From assembly GCA_022823405.1 (NCBI GenBank), contig JAJDXD010000024.1, forward strand, positions 308 through 64,307: a stretch of DNA of 64,000 nt, read 5' to 3'. This DNA is from Gammaproteobacteria bacterium (GTDB taxonomy: Bacteria; Pseudomonadota; Gammaproteobacteria; Arenicellales; JAJDZL01). The notes under the pieces were generated by a model. That model searched no databases, had not been told where the DNA came from, and saw nothing but the letters and a program-made list of their open reading frames with translations. Positions 20,223 to 29,984 of this stretch are shown here, in pieces (within the stretch, counting starts at the first letter, position 1; each line of letters opens with the position of its first letter). Made by a program: the position numbers and the translations under genes.

Positions 20223-21050
20223 CTACCCGAATTTGGCTTCTCGCCACCGAATCGCTGCGGTCAAGCCCTCGCGTTGGGCAACTTCCATAAACTGAACATA
20301 GTTATCAGTTTCGGTCGCTTCTGCAATTGCACCGTTCTCGATCGCGTATTGCAGCGATTGACTGAAACCTGTGATTTCCGCTGTCTGGTTAATGCAGGTC
20401 TTCATCATCTGGACGACTACGGGATCCATCGCCGCAATTCGCCTCGCATACTTCATCGTTTCTGCTTCGAGTTCATCGTCTGGAAACACCTTGTTCACCA
20501 ATCCAATACGCAATGCTTCCTGTGCGTCAATAATGTCGCCGGAGTACAGTAGTTCGCGCGCATGGCGAAGTCCAACAACCCATGGCATGACCAAAGCAGG
20601 TGGTACAGCAGAGAATTTGATTTCAGGTTCACCAAATCGGGCGGTATCGGATGCATAGGTGACGCAACACATCATTGAAAGCTCACAGCTTCCCGCAAGA
20701 CAATAACCTCGTACCATCGCAATGACTGGTTTTGAGCATCGCCATGGATTCATCTCAAACTCAACACACTCGCTTAGCATTCTTCGGGTACCAACCGGGT
20801 TGCGCTTGCCATAAAGATTGCGCCAGTCAACGTTTAAATCATAACCTGCTCCGAAATGATCTCCGACTCCGCTGAGTACAACAACGTAAATGTCATCGTT
20901 AGCATCGATTGACTTGAACTCCGCTGAGAGCTCGGTAATCAATTCCTGACTCAAAGCATTTCTGGCATGTGGTCGATTAATTCGAACGTGAGCGATGTTA
21001 CCCTCAATTTCAGTTTGCACAGTATTCGCCATCTGAATCTTCCCGCTCAC
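20223..21050 (-). CDS. Enoyl-CoA hydratase/isomerase (crotonase) family protein
   Basis: 275 aa. VVVLSGVGDHFGAGYDL oxyanion-hole region and a crotonase fold. The ATGA overlap with the upstream M20 gene suggests an operon. Confidence 0.85.
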   Translation of the reverse strand: MSGKIQMANTVQTEIEGNIAHVRINRPHARNALSQELITELSAEFKSIDANDDIYVVVLSGVGDHFGAGYDLNVDWRNLYGKRNPVGTRRMLSECVEFEMNPWRCSKPVIAMVRGYCLAGSCELSMMCCVTYASDTARFGEPEIKFSAVPPALVMPWVVGLRHARELLYSGDIIDAQEALRIGLVNKVFPDDELEAETMKYARRIAAMDPVVVQMMKTCINQTAEITGFSQSLQYAIENGAIAEATETDNYVQFMEVAQREGLTAAIRWREAKFG

Positions 21051-22201
21051 TGAAGATGATCCAGCAGATTGTCAATGAATGCTTCACATTTTTCGATCTG
21101 AGCAACTTCGATAAATTCATTCGGCTTGTGTGCCTGGTCTATGTGACCCGGACCACACACAACGGATGGAATACCGATTTCTTCAAACAATCCTCCTTCC
21201 GTTCCAAAACTAACGCATGCAGTTCCGGCGGTATTCGAGAGTTCCTGCGCTACATGGAGTAACTCATCATCGCTGGTTGCGAGTGCTGGAATGACTGACA
21301 GCTCTTCCCATTCGATACGTGCTTCAGGGAAAACTGCCTGCATCTCAGGGAGAATTTCTGACTCGATGTAGTGGTGCATTCGATTCCAGACCTCATCAGG
21401 GTCATCACTTGGCAGATGCCTGATTTCCGCTTCAAATTCACAAAACTTGGGCACGATATTGAGTGCTGTACCACCTCGAACCAGACCAGTGTGAACTGTC
21501 GTGTACGACGGACTGAACTCCTCATCAAACGGACCATGATTTTTAAATTGTCTCGCTTCCTTTTTCAAAAAAGCAATGATCTCGGCAGCAGCTTCAACAG
21601 CATTGACACCGATATGCGCCAAACCGGAGTGAGATTCCAGTCCATGAATCGAACAGCGCCTGGAAATTTTTCCTTTGTGCGAACGGACTACACGCATTCC
21701 GGTCGGTTCACCGATGATGCAGGAACGTGGCTTGTTTTCTCGATTCGCAAGCTCCCGAAGCAGGGTACGGACGCCAACACAACCAATCTCCTCATCATAT
21801 GAAAATGCGAAGTGAATGGGCGTCTCCAGGTTCAAGTTGATAATTTGCGGAACTTTTGCCAGACAGATCGCGATGAAGCTTTTCATATCCGAGGTGCCGC
21901 GCCCATACAGTCGATCATCCGATTCACTAATCTGATAGGGATCTGTATACCAGTTTTGACCGTCGACCGGTACCACATCGGTGTGACCAGAAAGTGCCAC
22001 ACCCCCTATGTCGTCCGCACCAATGGTTGCAAAGAGATTCGCTTTCTTTCCAGTTGTATCGTACACCAACTCCGAGCGCAGGCCGAAGTCTTCCAGGTAA
22101 CCTTTAATGTACTCAATTAATTCAAGATTCGAATTACGACTGGTTGTGTCAAATTCAACCAGTTCGCGAATCAGTTGGATGCTGGTCTTCGTCTGTAGCA
22201 T
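21047..22201 (-). CDS. M20 family metallohydrolase, acetylornithine deacetylase (ArgE)-like
   Basis: 384 aa. SGHTDVVPV, GRGTSDMK and DEEIGCVG metal-binding motifs. Confidence 0.82.
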   Translation of the reverse strand: MLQTKTSIQLIRELVEFDTTSRNSNLELIEYIKGYLEDFGLRSELVYDTTGKKANLFATIGADDIGGVALSGHTDVVPVDGQNWYTDPYQISESDDRLYGRGTSDMKSFIAICLAKVPQIINLNLETPIHFAFSYDEEIGCVGVRTLLRELANRENKPRSCIIGEPTGMRVVRSHKGKISRRCSIHGLESHSGLAHIGVNAVEAAAEIIAFLKKEARQFKNHGPFDEEFSPSYTTVHTGLVRGGTALNIVPKFCEFEAEIRHLPSDDPDEVWNRMHHYIESEILPEMQAVFPEARIEWEELSVIPALATSDDELLHVAQELSNTAGTACVSFGTEGGLFEEIGIPSVVCGPGHIDQAHKPNEFIEVAQIEKCEAFIDNLLDHLQ

Positions 22202-22506
22202 TTTCTGTCAGATATTGTGAGCTGGTTCTATAGAGTCGAATATTTGGTCCGCCTTTACGATTGAATTCCAAATCCTGTCACACGTCGCTGGACATGATCA
22301 CGATATGTTTGTTTTATGATCATAGTATCAAATACTTAAGCGACAGCTCTAGGTTAAATCATCAATACGTTGTTCACCAAACTGTTCATTGCATCTGGCT
22401 CTCTTCGACGGCAAATCATACACCTCAAAGGTGTTTCTTACATAGTGGTTATAGGCTCGATGACTAAACCTGTTCCCCGCAATGATGACATTCGAACGAA
22501 GCACGT

Positions 22507-23616
22507 TTACTCAACCTGATCAGATAACCTGTAACTCGTACTCCGCCCTCCGCCAGAGTTCTGAACAAATATACCATGTTCTTTCAAATCCTGAATGTCC
22601 CTGAGAGCAGTATCCGTGGAACATTTTGCAAGTTTGGCATATTTGGATGTGTTCATGTGTCCTTTCAAATCCGCCTCTATCATGCGACTGATGATCAGAC
22701 GTTGACGTTCACTGATGGAGTGCTGATCAATCTTGTCCCAAAGCTTCGCTTTGAATAGAACGTTACCAACAGTCGTTTCTGCATTTGTAATCGCTCGTCC
22801 TAAACAATCCAAAAACCAATCCAGCCAATCGCTAATTTCGGGCGAACTGCGTTGCTGTTTTTCTAGTTGATCGTAGTATTCCTCGCGCTCGGACGCGATC
22901 TGAGTAGATAAACTGTAGAAACGCTCAGGAACGCCGTCAGCGCGTGCTAGCCCCAAATCACTAATGGCTCTGGCGATACGACCATTCCCATCTTCAAAAG
23001 GGTGGATGGTAACAAACCATAAATGGGCAATGCCTGCTTTTAGTACAGGGTCCATGTCATGGCTTTTATTAAACCAATTCAGAAACGTCTGCATTTCTGT
23101 TTCCAGCTGGTCTGCACTTGGCGCTTCAAAGTGAACTTTCTCGCAACCTTTGGGACCGGAGACAACCTGCATTGGTCCTGCATCCAAGGTACGCCAGCTA
23201 CCAACTGAGATTCGGTGCATACCGCTACGTCCGGTTGGAAAAAGTGTTGCATGCCAGTCGAATAGTCGATCTTTTGTCAGTGGTTTTAAAAATTGCTGTG
23301 TGGCATCAAGCATCATTTCAACAATTCCTTCCACATCACGGCTGGCTGGTACAAGTCCTGCTATATCAATCCCTAACCTTCGTGCGATGGATGAGCGGAC
23401 TTCCTCCGGATTGAGTCTTTCTCCCTCAATAGCTGAAGACTTGACAATATCATGGGTCAGTGTATTGAGACTAGCCTCTCGTTTGAACTCAAATCTAAGA
23501 CCTTCCATTCGTCCAAGCAAACGACCTTGGCGATAGCGTACGTCAGCCAGCTTTGAGTAAAGCGCTTCAATTTCCCAAGAAAGGTTTGGCCAGTTCTGAT
23601 GTTCGTGTATCCACAT
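22507..23616 (-). CDS. Fic family protein (class II, N-terminal DUF4172-type region, C-terminal winged-helix)
   Basis: Fic motif HPFEDGNGRIAR (HxFxD/EGNGRxxR). Inhibitory-helix motif SSAIEG (S/TxxxEG/N) lies N-terminal to the core. The start is set at MWIHEHQNWPNLSW (ATG 23614-23616), the usual N-terminus of this subfamily; the track start is 23655. Confidence 0.88.
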   Translation of the reverse strand: MWIHEHQNWPNLSWEIEALYSKLADVRYRQGRLLGRMEGLRFEFKREASLNTLTHDIVKSSAIEGERLNPEEVRSSIARRLGIDIAGLVPASRDVEGIVEMMLDATQQFLKPLTKDRLFDWHATLFPTGRSGMHRISVGSWRTLDAGPMQVVSGPKGCEKVHFEAPSADQLETEMQTFLNWFNKSHDMDPVLKAGIAHLWFVTIHPFEDGNGRIARAISDLGLARADGVPERFYSLSTQIASEREEYYDQLEKQQRSSPEISDWLDWFLDCLGRAITNAETTVGNVLFKAKLWDKIDQHSISERQRLIISRMIEADLKGHMNTSKYAKLAKCSTDTALRDIQDLKEHGIFVQNSGGGRSTSYRLSDQVE

Positions 23617-23620
23617 ATTA

Positions 23621-23643
23621 ATCACCGCGTAATATGCGGTGAT
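23621..23643. promoter_or_regulatory. Perfect inverted repeat ATCACCGC-n7-GCGGTGAT, 5-27 nt upstream of the Fic ATG (candidate operator or RNA hairpin)
   Basis: Read directly from the sequence. Confidence 0.3.
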
Positions 23644-23870
23644 TATGACTGTCATTCACCGCACAGTTTCAAGTTTAATCAATGAGCCAACTGTGGATTA
23701 CGAGTCACAGGTTCAGACCATTCAGGAATGGATTCGGAAAGAGAAGGTGGCGCCGTGTTTCGAAGAGGAGACCCTGGCAGAGGAGATGGATCGGCTTCGG
23801 CAGGAGAATCGGCGATTGCAGGAGGCTGTTGCGATCTAAAAAACTGCGGCTTGGTTCGTTAGTCAATTGC
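23639..23870 (+). pseudogene. Remnant of an IS3-family transposase OrfA (C-terminal leucine-zipper end), interrupted by a stop; no OrfB follows
   Basis: The 66-aa ORF ends ...EEMDRLRQENRRLQEAVAI* and the same frame continues KTAAWFVSQ. This resembles the conserved IS3 OrfA end (ENxxLKxExxILKKAAAxFA). Boundaries are approximate. Confidence 0.4.
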
Positions 23871-24149
23871 CGACGATGATCCACGCCTTTAGACCGATAC
23901 ATTTACGTGGCGCAATCGGGTTATGTGGTAGCCAACCCACGCAAATCAGATTGTCAACTCATACCACAATCCAGTTTTGTACCTTTTGTTGGCCTTTGTC
24001 AATGGTATCGTAAAATTAAGTTGTAACCAACAAACAGCTTAAAGCACATCAGTATGGTTAAGAATGCCAATAATGTAGGTATCTCGCGAGTCACATATTC
24101 AGGATATCGACCCTCTGATTTATAAATTTTGAATCTGTATCATCCCTAA

Positions 24150-25175
24150 GTGCAAATCTCCGCACAAAACACCGCATTAAACACCTTACTAGGTCTAGCC
24201 GCATTCGCCATCATCGTCGCTGGACTTAAGGTTTCAAGTCCGATCATGGTGCCGATTCTGCTGGCTATTTTCATAGCCACACTCAGTGCCCCGCCACTGC
24301 TATGGCTGGAGAAAAAGGGGTTGCCTACATTTTTGGCACTGCTCGTCGTAATCTCAGTGATTTTCGGAATAGGTGTTTTATTGGCAACGCTGGTCGGAAA
24401 GTCTATCAATGATTTTCAAAGTCAGTTATCAACCTACGAACAGCGTCTGGAAGTTCTGTTCAACACAGTGCACGCTCAGATTGTCAGTTTCGGATTTGAA
24501 ATTCAGTTTACCGATATCGCCAGCGCAATCAGTCCACAGTCGGTCGCGACTACGGTTGGGGGTGTCGTCAACGAAATTGGCGCTTTGGTTGCTAACGCGT
24601 TTTTGATCTTTCTGATGGTTATTTTTATGCTGTTTGAGGTTTCCACCTTGCCAGAAAAACTGCAAAAGATTCTCAAACAACCTGTTGATTCGATTGAAAA
24701 CCTTTCCAAATTCAGGCAAAACCTGCAGCGCTATCTGGTCATCAAGACACTGGCCAGTCTAGCAACAGCTTCGCTTGTTTGGATATTGCTTATTGTTTTA
24801 GGCGTCGACTTCGCCATTCTTTGGGCATTGCTCGCATTCTTTTTGAATTTCGTTCCAAATATCGGGTCCATCATTGCTGCAATTCCAGCAGTTCTCATCG
24901 CTCTGCTTCAACTTGATGTGACGACTGCACTCTCAGTGGCTATCGGTTATTTCGCTATTAACTTCCTGATCGGATCTGTCATTGAACCTCGCGTCGCTGG
25001 TCGTCACCTGGGGCTTTCTCCACTGATTGTTTTGATGTCTTTGATTTTTTGGGGCTGGGTTCTTGGTCCAGTCGGAATGTTTCTGTCAGTTCCGTTAACG
25101 ATGATGATTCGACTGGTAGCAGAAAGCAGCAGCAACCTGCAGTGGCTGGCGGTTGTGCTAAGTGACCGAACCTAA
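24150..25175 (+). CDS. AI-2E family transporter (PerM/UPF0118)
   Basis: 341 aa polytopic protein with the family pattern FLNFVPNIGSIIAAIP...FWGWVLGPVGMFLSVPLT. Confidence 0.85.
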   Translation: MQISAQNTALNTLLGLAAFAIIVAGLKVSSPIMVPILLAIFIATLSAPPLLWLEKKGLPTFLALLVVISVIFGIGVLLATLVGKSINDFQSQLSTYEQRLEVLFNTVHAQIVSFGFEIQFTDIASAISPQSVATTVGGVVNEIGALVANAFLIFLMVIFMLFEVSTLPEKLQKILKQPVDSIENLSKFRQNLQRYLVIKTLASLATASLVWILLIVLGVDFAILWALLAFFLNFVPNIGSIIAAIPAVLIALLQLDVTTALSVAIGYFAINFLIGSVIEPRVAGRHLGLSPLIVLMSLIFWGWVLGPVGMFLSVPLTMMIRLVAESSSNLQWLAVVLSDRT

Positions 25176-25214
25176 CGCTGGCAATCCATAAATCAAATTA
25201 ACTCTATTCTTTGC

Positions 25215-27284
25215 ATGAGTCAGCATATCTCAAAGCAAAATCCGCCAATTGCACCCGCGCTCCCACATACCCATACCATCCACAGCGACCAAAGAATAGA
25301 TCCATATTTCTGGCTCAAAGACCGAAACGATCCCGCGGTCAAAGCGTACCTTGACGCCGAAAATGCGTATGCTGAAAGCTGGTTGAAGCATACCGAACCG
25401 TTAAGAAAAAATCTTGTCAAGGAGATGTACAGCCGAATCGTAGAGACTGACACGTCCGTTCCAGTCAAGCGAGGACCGTTTGAATACTACTTTAAAGACG
25501 AGCAACAAAGCGACTACCTGTCTCACCATCGACGAAAAATTGGCGACCCAGAGTCCGAAGAGTTGGTTATTGATGAAAATGTTCTAGCGAAAGGTCGCAA
25601 ATATTTTGATCTGGGAAATCTTGAAGTTAGCCCTGATCACCAATTAGCCGCTTTTGCCACCGATTTCAGAGGTGATGAGATATACACCATCGAAGTACTG
25701 CGCCTCAAAAACCGGAAACTCCTGCCTGACAAACTGAATAATACGTCCGGAAATTTTGTTTGGACTCAAAGCAACTCTGCTTTGATATACACGACATTGA
25801 ACGAAGTACACAGACCGCACCGCGTTTATCGGCATCGACTGGGAGAGAGCCAGGAGAGCGATGAACTCATATTTGAAGAACTGGACGACGCATACTACGT
25901 GTCAGTATCTGAATCTGACAGTGAACGCTTTATTCAGATCAATCTGAAAAGCGCAATCACTTCGGAAGTCTATTTACTTGACGCCAAAGATGATCAGTGC
26001 CATCCAAGGCTGGTATTTGAACGAACGCATGACGTTCTTTATAGGGTCCAAGACCGAGGCGATGCGCTTTATGTCCTCACCAATGACAACGCCGTGAATT
26101 TCCGATTGATCAGGACAAAACTGGACCGACTTGACAGATCAGACTGGATTGATGTGATACCGCACCAAGATCAGGTGACACTAACGGGCTTTAAAGTGTT
26201 CAGCGAATTCATCGTTGTTGAAGAACGCCGCAATGGCTTGCCCACTATTAGGGTACTTCAGGATGATACGAGTGAAGGCTACACGGTACAAAACCCGGAA
26301 AAAATACAGGAACTCAGGCTACACAGAAATTGGGAATTTGACACGACGATTTGCCGAGTTGGGGGAAACTCGCTTGACCTGCCTTACTCAGTCTATGATC
26401 TTGAAATGACAACCGGCGTGACAACTCACCTCAAAACACAGCCAATTGGGGGCGATTTTGACCCAAAAGATTATTCGACTGAGAAGCACCTGGCAATTTC
26501 ACACGATGGGACCGAAATCCCGATCTATCTGGTTTACAGCAAAAAAGCGCTTAACGGTCAGCCTGCCCCGCTTCTGCTCAACGGATATGGTGCGTACGGT
26601 ATCAATTCCAGCCTCTATTTTTCATCCAAGCGCTTGAGTCTGCTGAACCGAGGGATCATCTTCGCAATAACTCAGATTCGCGGTGGAAGCGAAATGGGAC
26701 GAGGCTGGTACCTGGATGGCAAACTGGACAGAAAGAAGAATACCTTTCATGACTTCAACGCCTGTGCAAACTACCTGATTAATGAGGGCATTACCAGCCA
26801 GGATCAGTTAGCAATCATTGGCGGAAGTGCTGGTGGATTGGTCGTTGGAAATTTTTTAAACTCAGACTCGGTGCGTTGTAAAGCAGCCCTCGCGATGGTA
26901 CCGTTTGTTGACATTGTTACTACCATACTGGATGACACCCTGCCCTTATCGGTAGTGGAACGGGATGAATGGGGCGACCCCAACGACCCTGAATATTACG
27001 ACTATATGAAATCCTACTCACCGTACGACAATACACAGAGAAAAGATTATCCTGCTCTTTATATAACCGCGGGGTTGAATGATCCGAGGGTTGGATACTG
27101 GGAACCTGCCAAATGGGCTGCGAAAATTCGACAATGCAAAACGGATAACAATCCATTGCTACTAATTACCGAAATGGACTCTGGTCATTCCGGCGCGTCG
27201 GGACGGCTGGATTCACTTCACGAAACAGCTCGTGACTATGCGTTTATCATTACCCAACTGTTGTCAGAAAGTGATTCTCAATGA
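25215..27284 (+). CDS. ptrB: Oligopeptidase B (S9A prolyl oligopeptidase family)
   Basis: 689 aa. N-terminus DPYFWLKDRNDPAVKAYLDAENAY, a beta-propeller region, and catalytic GGSAGGLVVG. Confidence 0.9.
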   Translation: MSQHISKQNPPIAPALPHTHTIHSDQRIDPYFWLKDRNDPAVKAYLDAENAYAESWLKHTEPLRKNLVKEMYSRIVETDTSVPVKRGPFEYYFKDEQQSDYLSHHRRKIGDPESEELVIDENVLAKGRKYFDLGNLEVSPDHQLAAFATDFRGDEIYTIEVLRLKNRKLLPDKLNNTSGNFVWTQSNSALIYTTLNEVHRPHRVYRHRLGESQESDELIFEELDDAYYVSVSESDSERFIQINLKSAITSEVYLLDAKDDQCHPRLVFERTHDVLYRVQDRGDALYVLTNDNAVNFRLIRTKLDRLDRSDWIDVIPHQDQVTLTGFKVFSEFIVVEERRNGLPTIRVLQDDTSEGYTVQNPEKIQELRLHRNWEFDTTICRVGGNSLDLPYSVYDLEMTTGVTTHLKTQPIGGDFDPKDYSTEKHLAISHDGTEIPIYLVYSKKALNGQPAPLLLNGYGAYGINSSLYFSSKRLSLLNRGIIFAITQIRGGSEMGRGWYLDGKLDRKKNTFHDFNACANYLINEGITSQDQLAIIGGSAGGLVVGNFLNSDSVRCKAALAMVPFVDIVTTILDDTLPLSVVERDEWGDPNDPEYYDYMKSYSPYDNTQRKDYPALYITAGLNDPRVGYWEPAKWAAKIRQCKTDNNPLLLITEMDSGHSGASGRLDSLHETARDYAFIITQLLSESDSQ

Positions 27285-27340
27285 CACTGACCAATAGATA
27301 ACCAATCGATTGATCAACAACAAGTACAAAATAACACTCA

Positions 27341-28174
27341 ATGGCACAGCGAATAAGAATTCATGATCCCGTCGAGTTTCGGACTACAGAAGGAACACAA
27401 TCGGGTTTTGTCTCTTCTATTTCCAGACAGAAAGCGAATGTCGTAACACCGCCCGGCACGGAGTACAGTGTACCTTTTCGCCAGCTCAGACTCCAGGAAG
27501 GCAAATTACCAAAGCGCGTGTTTCCCCGCTCCCTGATTGATCGATGTGCGTTTAGTGTCAATGACAAGGTGATTTTCCAGAACGGAAATGCCCGAATGAA
27601 AGGTCACATTACTCAAATGAACCCGAATCGGGCACGCGTCAAAACGGCAGCGAACGAGATTTGGAATGTGCCATACAACATGCTAAACGGCGATATGACC
27701 TCGAAGCGACGGAAATCAAATTTGAAGAAACTTGTCTCAACCGCCGAAGAAGCTGACAAATTAATCGCAAAGCACAATCTTCACGAGTGGCGATTCAATT
27801 TCGACAATGCCAGAAAACGCGCTGGCTGCTGCTTGTATAAGGAGCAAGTGATTACGATGTCCCAGCAGTTTTGCCTCAATGCCGAAGACAATGAAATTAC
27901 CGACACCATCCTGCACGAAATTGCTCACGCGCTGGTTGGACATCAGCACGGACACAATGCCATATGGCAAGCCAAGGCCCGGGAAATCGGCTGCAGTGCC
28001 AATCGTACTCACGATGTAGAAGTCTCAACGCCTCGATATATTGTTTCTTGCAGAAACTGCGGGATCTTTGGCACGCGCGACAAACGCGGCCAAAACCGCG
28101 TCTGTAAGCGGTGTCACACCCCGGTCAGTTATGAAAACTACTCGACAGAACTTTGGAACTCCTATCAGACATAA
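27341..28174 (+). CDS. SprT-like zinc metalloprotease-domain protein with two N-terminal repeats and a C-terminal CxxC...CxxC ribbon
   Basis: HEIAHALVGHQHGH (HExxH). C-terminal Cys pairs CRNCG...CKRCH. Two similar N-terminal segments of about 45 aa each. Confidence 0.72.
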   Translation: MAQRIRIHDPVEFRTTEGTQSGFVSSISRQKANVVTPPGTEYSVPFRQLRLQEGKLPKRVFPRSLIDRCAFSVNDKVIFQNGNARMKGHITQMNPNRARVKTAANEIWNVPYNMLNGDMTSKRRKSNLKKLVSTAEEADKLIAKHNLHEWRFNFDNARKRAGCCLYKEQVITMSQQFCLNAEDNEITDTILHEIAHALVGHQHGHNAIWQAKAREIGCSANRTHDVEVSTPRYIVSCRNCGIFGTRDKRGQNRVCKRCHTPVSYENYSTELWNSYQT

Positions 28175-28704
28175 ATTTTAAGGATGAGCCCCTTCGATTC
28201 GATGGGCCTCAATCGGACTCGGCGGTAGGTCTCCGTATTGAATTGGAGGGGGATTTGATCCGGATTGAACTTCGCTCCAACGCTGGTGCAAATCAACGGG
28301 CCCTCGTCATTTGCGTGTTAATTCTATCTATCACTGCCTTAGCCATCGCTATAATAATCGCTTTATTTGGAGCATGGCTGGTCCTGCCATTTGCCGGTCT
28401 GGAAATCCTGCTGTTAGCAATTGGCACTTGCATCGTCTGTTCCCACAGTGATGATGCCGATGTGCTGGTAATCAGTCGGAATTATGTGCACCTGACACAG
28501 AGGCGTCGGTCAAAACAATCAGTTAGTTCATTTTTTCGGCAATGGACAAAGTTTGTCCTGCTGCCTGGTAAAACCGGACAAGAACCAGTTCGTCTTTTGG
28601 TTGTCAGCAGAGCTAGAGAACTGGAAATTGGAGAATTTTTAATTGAAAGTTCAAAAAAAAGACTGTACTGGCAATCGGCTGAGTGGGTCAGAAACCATAT
28701 TTAA
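28153..28704 (+). CDS. DUF2244-like integral membrane protein associated with cytochrome oxidase clusters
   Basis: Two adjacent TM helices (ALVICVLILSITALAIAIIIALFGAWLVLPFAGLEILLLAIG) directly upstream of coxB. The start codon is uncertain: it is a TTG in the track and overlaps the SprT-like 3' end. Confidence 0.55.
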   Translation: MELLSDINFKDEPLRFDGPQSDSAVGLRIELEGDLIRIELRSNAGANQRALVICVLILSITALAIAIIIALFGAWLVLPFAGLEILLLAIGTCIVCSHSDDADVLVISRNYVHLTQRRRSKQSVSSFFRQWTKFVLLPGKTGQEPVRLLVVSRARELEIGEFLIESSKKRLYWQSAEWVRNHI

Positions 28705-28740
28705 ATTTCAACAAATAATCGCCCGTATGGGAGTCCGTTG

Positions 28741-29922
28741 ATGTCTCAAATGTTTTGTAGCGCGCGAAGCCTGCTGCGGATTGCCGCAGTCGCAACCGCA
28801 CTGTTTCCTCTAAGCGTCTATGCGGAGTGGGGGTTGAATCTACCACCTCCGTCATCGCCCATCGCAAGTCAGATCCTGGATCTGCACAATGCGATCATGA
28901 TCGTGTGTCTGATCATTTTCGTGATCGTATTCGGCGTGATGTTCTATTCGCTCTATGCGCACCGCAAAAGCCGCGGACATGAAGCACATCAATTCTCCCA
29001 CAACTCAAAACTCGAAGTACTCTGGACTGTCATTCCCTTCTTTATTCTGGTTGGTCTCGCCATACCATCGACTGCAACTCTGCTGTACATGGAAGACACA
29101 ACGGAATCGGACCTGACGATCAAAATCACCGGCTACCAATGGAAATGGCAATACGAGTACCTTGATCACGATATCAGTTTCTTCAGTAATCTGTCGACCC
29201 CGCGCGCTCAAATCGAGAACCGTGAACCCAAAGGTGAACACTATCTTCTGGAAGTTGACAAACCAATGGTGATGCCATCCAATCGGAAAGTTCGATTTCT
29301 GATCACTTCAAATGATGTCATCCATGCCTGGTGGATTCCAAAATTCGGTGTGAAAAAGGATGCAATTCCTGGCTACATCAATGAATTCTGGACCAATGTC
29401 GATTCACCCGGAACCTATCGCGGTCAGTGTGCGGAACTTTGCGGGAAAGACCATGGATTCATGCCCGTCGTCGCCGAGGTGCTGTCACCTGAAGACTTTG
29501 ACGCATGGGCTGAAGAAAACAAACCCAAGCAGGTCGCATCTGCTGCTGAGATGACTGTTGTAGAAACAGCGTCCGCTGCTAGTCCAGCCGCATCATCTGA
29601 GGATGTTAACCGTGAATGGACGATGGATGAATTAATGGAACGTGGTAAAACAGTCTATGTTCAGTGCATTGCCTGCCACGGACCAGACGGGAAGGGAATT
29701 CCGCCAACTTTCCCACCGCTCACAGGCAGCGAAATAACAACCGGACCACTTGATGCTCACATCGACATTGTGATGAACGGTAAGGTGAATACAACGATGC
29801 AGGCTTTCAAACAGCAGTTGAGTGATGTTGACATAGCCTCCGTTATCACCTATGAGCGAAATGCGATTGGCAATAGTGTCGGAGACCTGATTCAGCCGTC
29901 GGAGATTGCGGCCAGACGCTAA
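28741..29922 (+). CDS. coxB: Cytochrome c oxidase subunit II with fused C-terminal cytochrome c domain
   Basis: CuA motif CAELCGKDHGFM and C-terminal heme-binding CIACH. The ATG at 28741 has GGGAG 7 nt upstream. Confidence 0.95.
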   Translation: MSQMFCSARSLLRIAAVATALFPLSVYAEWGLNLPPPSSPIASQILDLHNAIMIVCLIIFVIVFGVMFYSLYAHRKSRGHEAHQFSHNSKLEVLWTVIPFFILVGLAIPSTATLLYMEDTTESDLTIKITGYQWKWQYEYLDHDISFFSNLSTPRAQIENREPKGEHYLLEVDKPMVMPSNRKVRFLITSNDVIHAWWIPKFGVKKDAIPGYINEFWTNVDSPGTYRGQCAELCGKDHGFMPVVAEVLSPEDFDAWAEENKPKQVASAAEMTVVETASAASPAASSEDVNREWTMDELMERGKTVYVQCIACHGPDGKGIPPTFPPLTGSEITTGPLDAHIDIVMNGKVNTTMQAFKQQLSDVDIASVITYERNAIGNSVGDLIQPSEIAARR

Positions 29923-29984
29923 CCGAACATGAACGAAACCAATACTGAACAGAATAAAACATACTGATACAAGGTAATTTAATT

